The position numbers were made by a program, and so were the translations under genes. A stretch of 64,000 nt of DNA from Lentihominibacter sp. (lineage in GTDB: Bacteria > Bacillota > Clostridia > Peptostreptococcales > Anaerovoracaceae): contig JAZUBM010000006.1 in NCBI GenBank assembly GCA_045638485.1, positions 79-64,078 of the forward strand, read 5' to 3'. Numbering within the stretch: the first letter of the stretch is position 1; the number at the start of each line of letters is the position of its first letter. The notes beneath the pieces were generated by a model that was not told the origin of the DNA, searched no databases, and saw only the letters and a program-made list of their open reading frames with translations. Positions 62,622-64,000 of this stretch are shown one piece after another.

Positions 62622-62667
62622 AAACCTCTTGTCAAAAATCTAAATAGATTATGACAGGAGGTTTTTT
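62622..62667 (+). terminator. Terminator hairpin after yabO whose 3' arm contains the next gene's Shine-Dalgarno
   Basis: AAACCTCTTGTCA pairs with TGACAGGAGGTTT and is followed by Ts; GGAGG lies within the stem. Confidence 0.6.
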
Positions 62668-63624
62668 ATGATTTTAGGAATACCTAGAGGGGCTGTATAT
62701 TACGATTATATTTCTTTTATAAGAGCCTTATTCAAAGACACAGACGTCATATTAAAGGAAGGGCCTGAGAATAATGAAACTATTCTTGAAAAGGGAACAG
62801 AAACTACAGTCGATGAAGCGTGCCTTCCTATAAAACTGCTAACAGGACAATGTGAATATTTAAAAGAAAAATGTGACAGAGTACTTATATTAAGAGTAAT
62901 GAAGGATATCAACGGCAGGTGGTTATGTCCCAAAATACTAGGGCAAACCCAACTTATTACCTTGGGGATAGATAATGAAAAATTATTGATCACAGATTCC
63001 TTATTTCTTAATAATAGAAAGGATTCATATAAATGCTTATGGAAGATGTGCAAGTCATTGGGCATAGATAAAGAAAAGTTCAAGAAGAATTTCATAAAAG
63101 CATATAATGGGCTTGAAGAACAGAATTTTGGAAATGGTAAAATACACGTTGAAACAGCATGGGAATTTATTCCCGACTATCCTAAGCCGGGAGAAATTAT
63201 ACTACCGAATACGAGAAAAATCTTACTTTCAGGTCATTTTTATAATGTCTATGATAAATTTTCAAACAACGATATAATCCGCAGATTGGACGAATTGGCA
63301 ATTGACACAATAACAGAAAAAGATGTGGCGCATAAAGATCAAGAAGAAGCAATAGAGCGCATCAACCTTATGAAGGTACCATACTGGGAGTCAGTTGTAA
63401 GAACATTAGGAACAGCTGTACATTTGAAAGACCAAATAGACGGGATAATATACCTTTCGTCTTTTTCTTGCGGACTTGATGCTATAGTTACTGAATTAAT
63501 CAGAGAACATGTGAATGACATACCTATTATGGTCCTTAAAATTGATGGGCAGAAAGGAATGGCAGGTTATTTGACAAGGATAGAAGCTTTTGCTGATTTA
63601 CTTGAAAAGAGAAGCGTATCATGA
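62668..63624 (+). CDS. Acyl-CoA dehydratase activase-related protein (DUF2229-like)
   Basis: MILGIPR, DEACLPIK..GQ, CPK..G, GHFYNVYD and SSFSCGLDA...KIDG..G..TRIEAF. Confidence 0.82.
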   Translation: MILGIPRGAVYYDYISFIRALFKDTDVILKEGPENNETILEKGTETTVDEACLPIKLLTGQCEYLKEKCDRVLILRVMKDINGRWLCPKILGQTQLITLGIDNEKLLITDSLFLNNRKDSYKCLWKMCKSLGIDKEKFKKNFIKAYNGLEEQNFGNGKIHVETAWEFIPDYPKPGEIILPNTRKILLSGHFYNVYDKFSNNDIIRRLDELAIDTITEKDVAHKDQEEAIERINLMKVPYWESVVRTLGTAVHLKDQIDGIIYLSSFSCGLDAIVTELIREHVNDIPIMVLKIDGQKGMAGYLTRIEAFADLLEKRSVS

Positions 63625-64000
63625 TAGTAACGCTTCCTCATTTAGGCCCTTTATGGATAGCGGCAAAACAATTTTTTATATATAATGATATACCTTTTGT
63701 GAAACCTTTTGAAAACGGACAAAGTGCACTTTCAGAAGGAAGCAAAATTTCTCCGGAGGAGATGTGTCTGCCTTTTAAATACATGATAGGTAACTTAATG
63801 AATGCCCATAAGCTCGGAGCGGATACTGCAATTATGATATCGACAAGTGGCCCTTGTAGACTAGGAGAATACGGGGAGATGTTGAAGGTGGTTTTATGCA
63901 ATGCCGGAGTAGACTACAATTGGGTTATTTTGGAATCACTGGGACCTTTAGGTTTGAAAAGACTATTTAGCAAAATGAAAGGTAAGAATGTATCAGCAAA
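63621..64000 (+). CDS. Partner 2-hydroxyacyl-CoA dehydratase/activase-like protein, truncated by the window end (missing from the ORF track)
   Basis: My translation from the ATG overlapping the upstream stop: MIVTLPHLG..SPEEMCLPFKYMIGN..GADT..TSGPCRLGEY; the frame is open to the end. Confidence 0.8.
   Translation, partial: MIVTLPHLGPLWIAAKQFFIYNDIPFVKPFENGQSALSEGSKISPEEMCLPFKYMIGNLMNAHKLGADTAIMISTSGPCRLGEYGEMLKVVLCNAGVDYNWVILESLGPLGLKRLFSKMKGKNVSA

Overview
A 64-kb stretch of core chromosome from a low-GC Clostridia-class anaerobe. An Anaerovoracaceae/Peptostreptococcales-like lineage is my impression only; it is not demonstrated. Most genes lie on the + strand, consistent with the leading strand. 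Contents in order: a queuosine/RNA-modification operon (queA, glycosylase, tgt, rlmD-like); two divergent lipoproteins; nrdDG; rpmB-asp23-recG-SASP-rsmD-coaD-ylbJ-tmcAL-ackA-rpmF; a yybP-ykoY riboswitch with a P-type ATPase; asd; ftsK-rimO-pgsA-cinA-recA; rplU-rpmA-obgE; an M23-like gene, an HD gene and the TIGR03960/TIGR03936 radical SAM pair; comEA; spoIIID; mbl; a MocR-type regulator followed by an arginine deiminase cluster with two OTC copies; tig-clpP-clpX-lon-engB; hpt; pduL; spoVT; cls; mtaD; yabM-hup-yabO; and a CoA-activase-like operon cut by the window end. I saw no CRISPR, IS, prophage, rRNA or tRNA. Most notable: (1) a MocR/GabR regulator that has lost its PLP-binding Lys, next to a duplicated-OTC ADI cluster; (2) an orphan Cache-like sensor domain encoded as a stand-alone lipoprotein; (3) a PepD-like lipoprotein lacking its metal ligands; (4) an L21 with an extra C-terminal helical domain, in an operon lacking both prp and the L27 propeptide; (5) ackA without pta, plus a non-BMC PduL; (6) an unannotated small membrane protein behind a sigmaE/sigmaK-type promoter. 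All family assignments come from motif recognition by eye, with no database searches.
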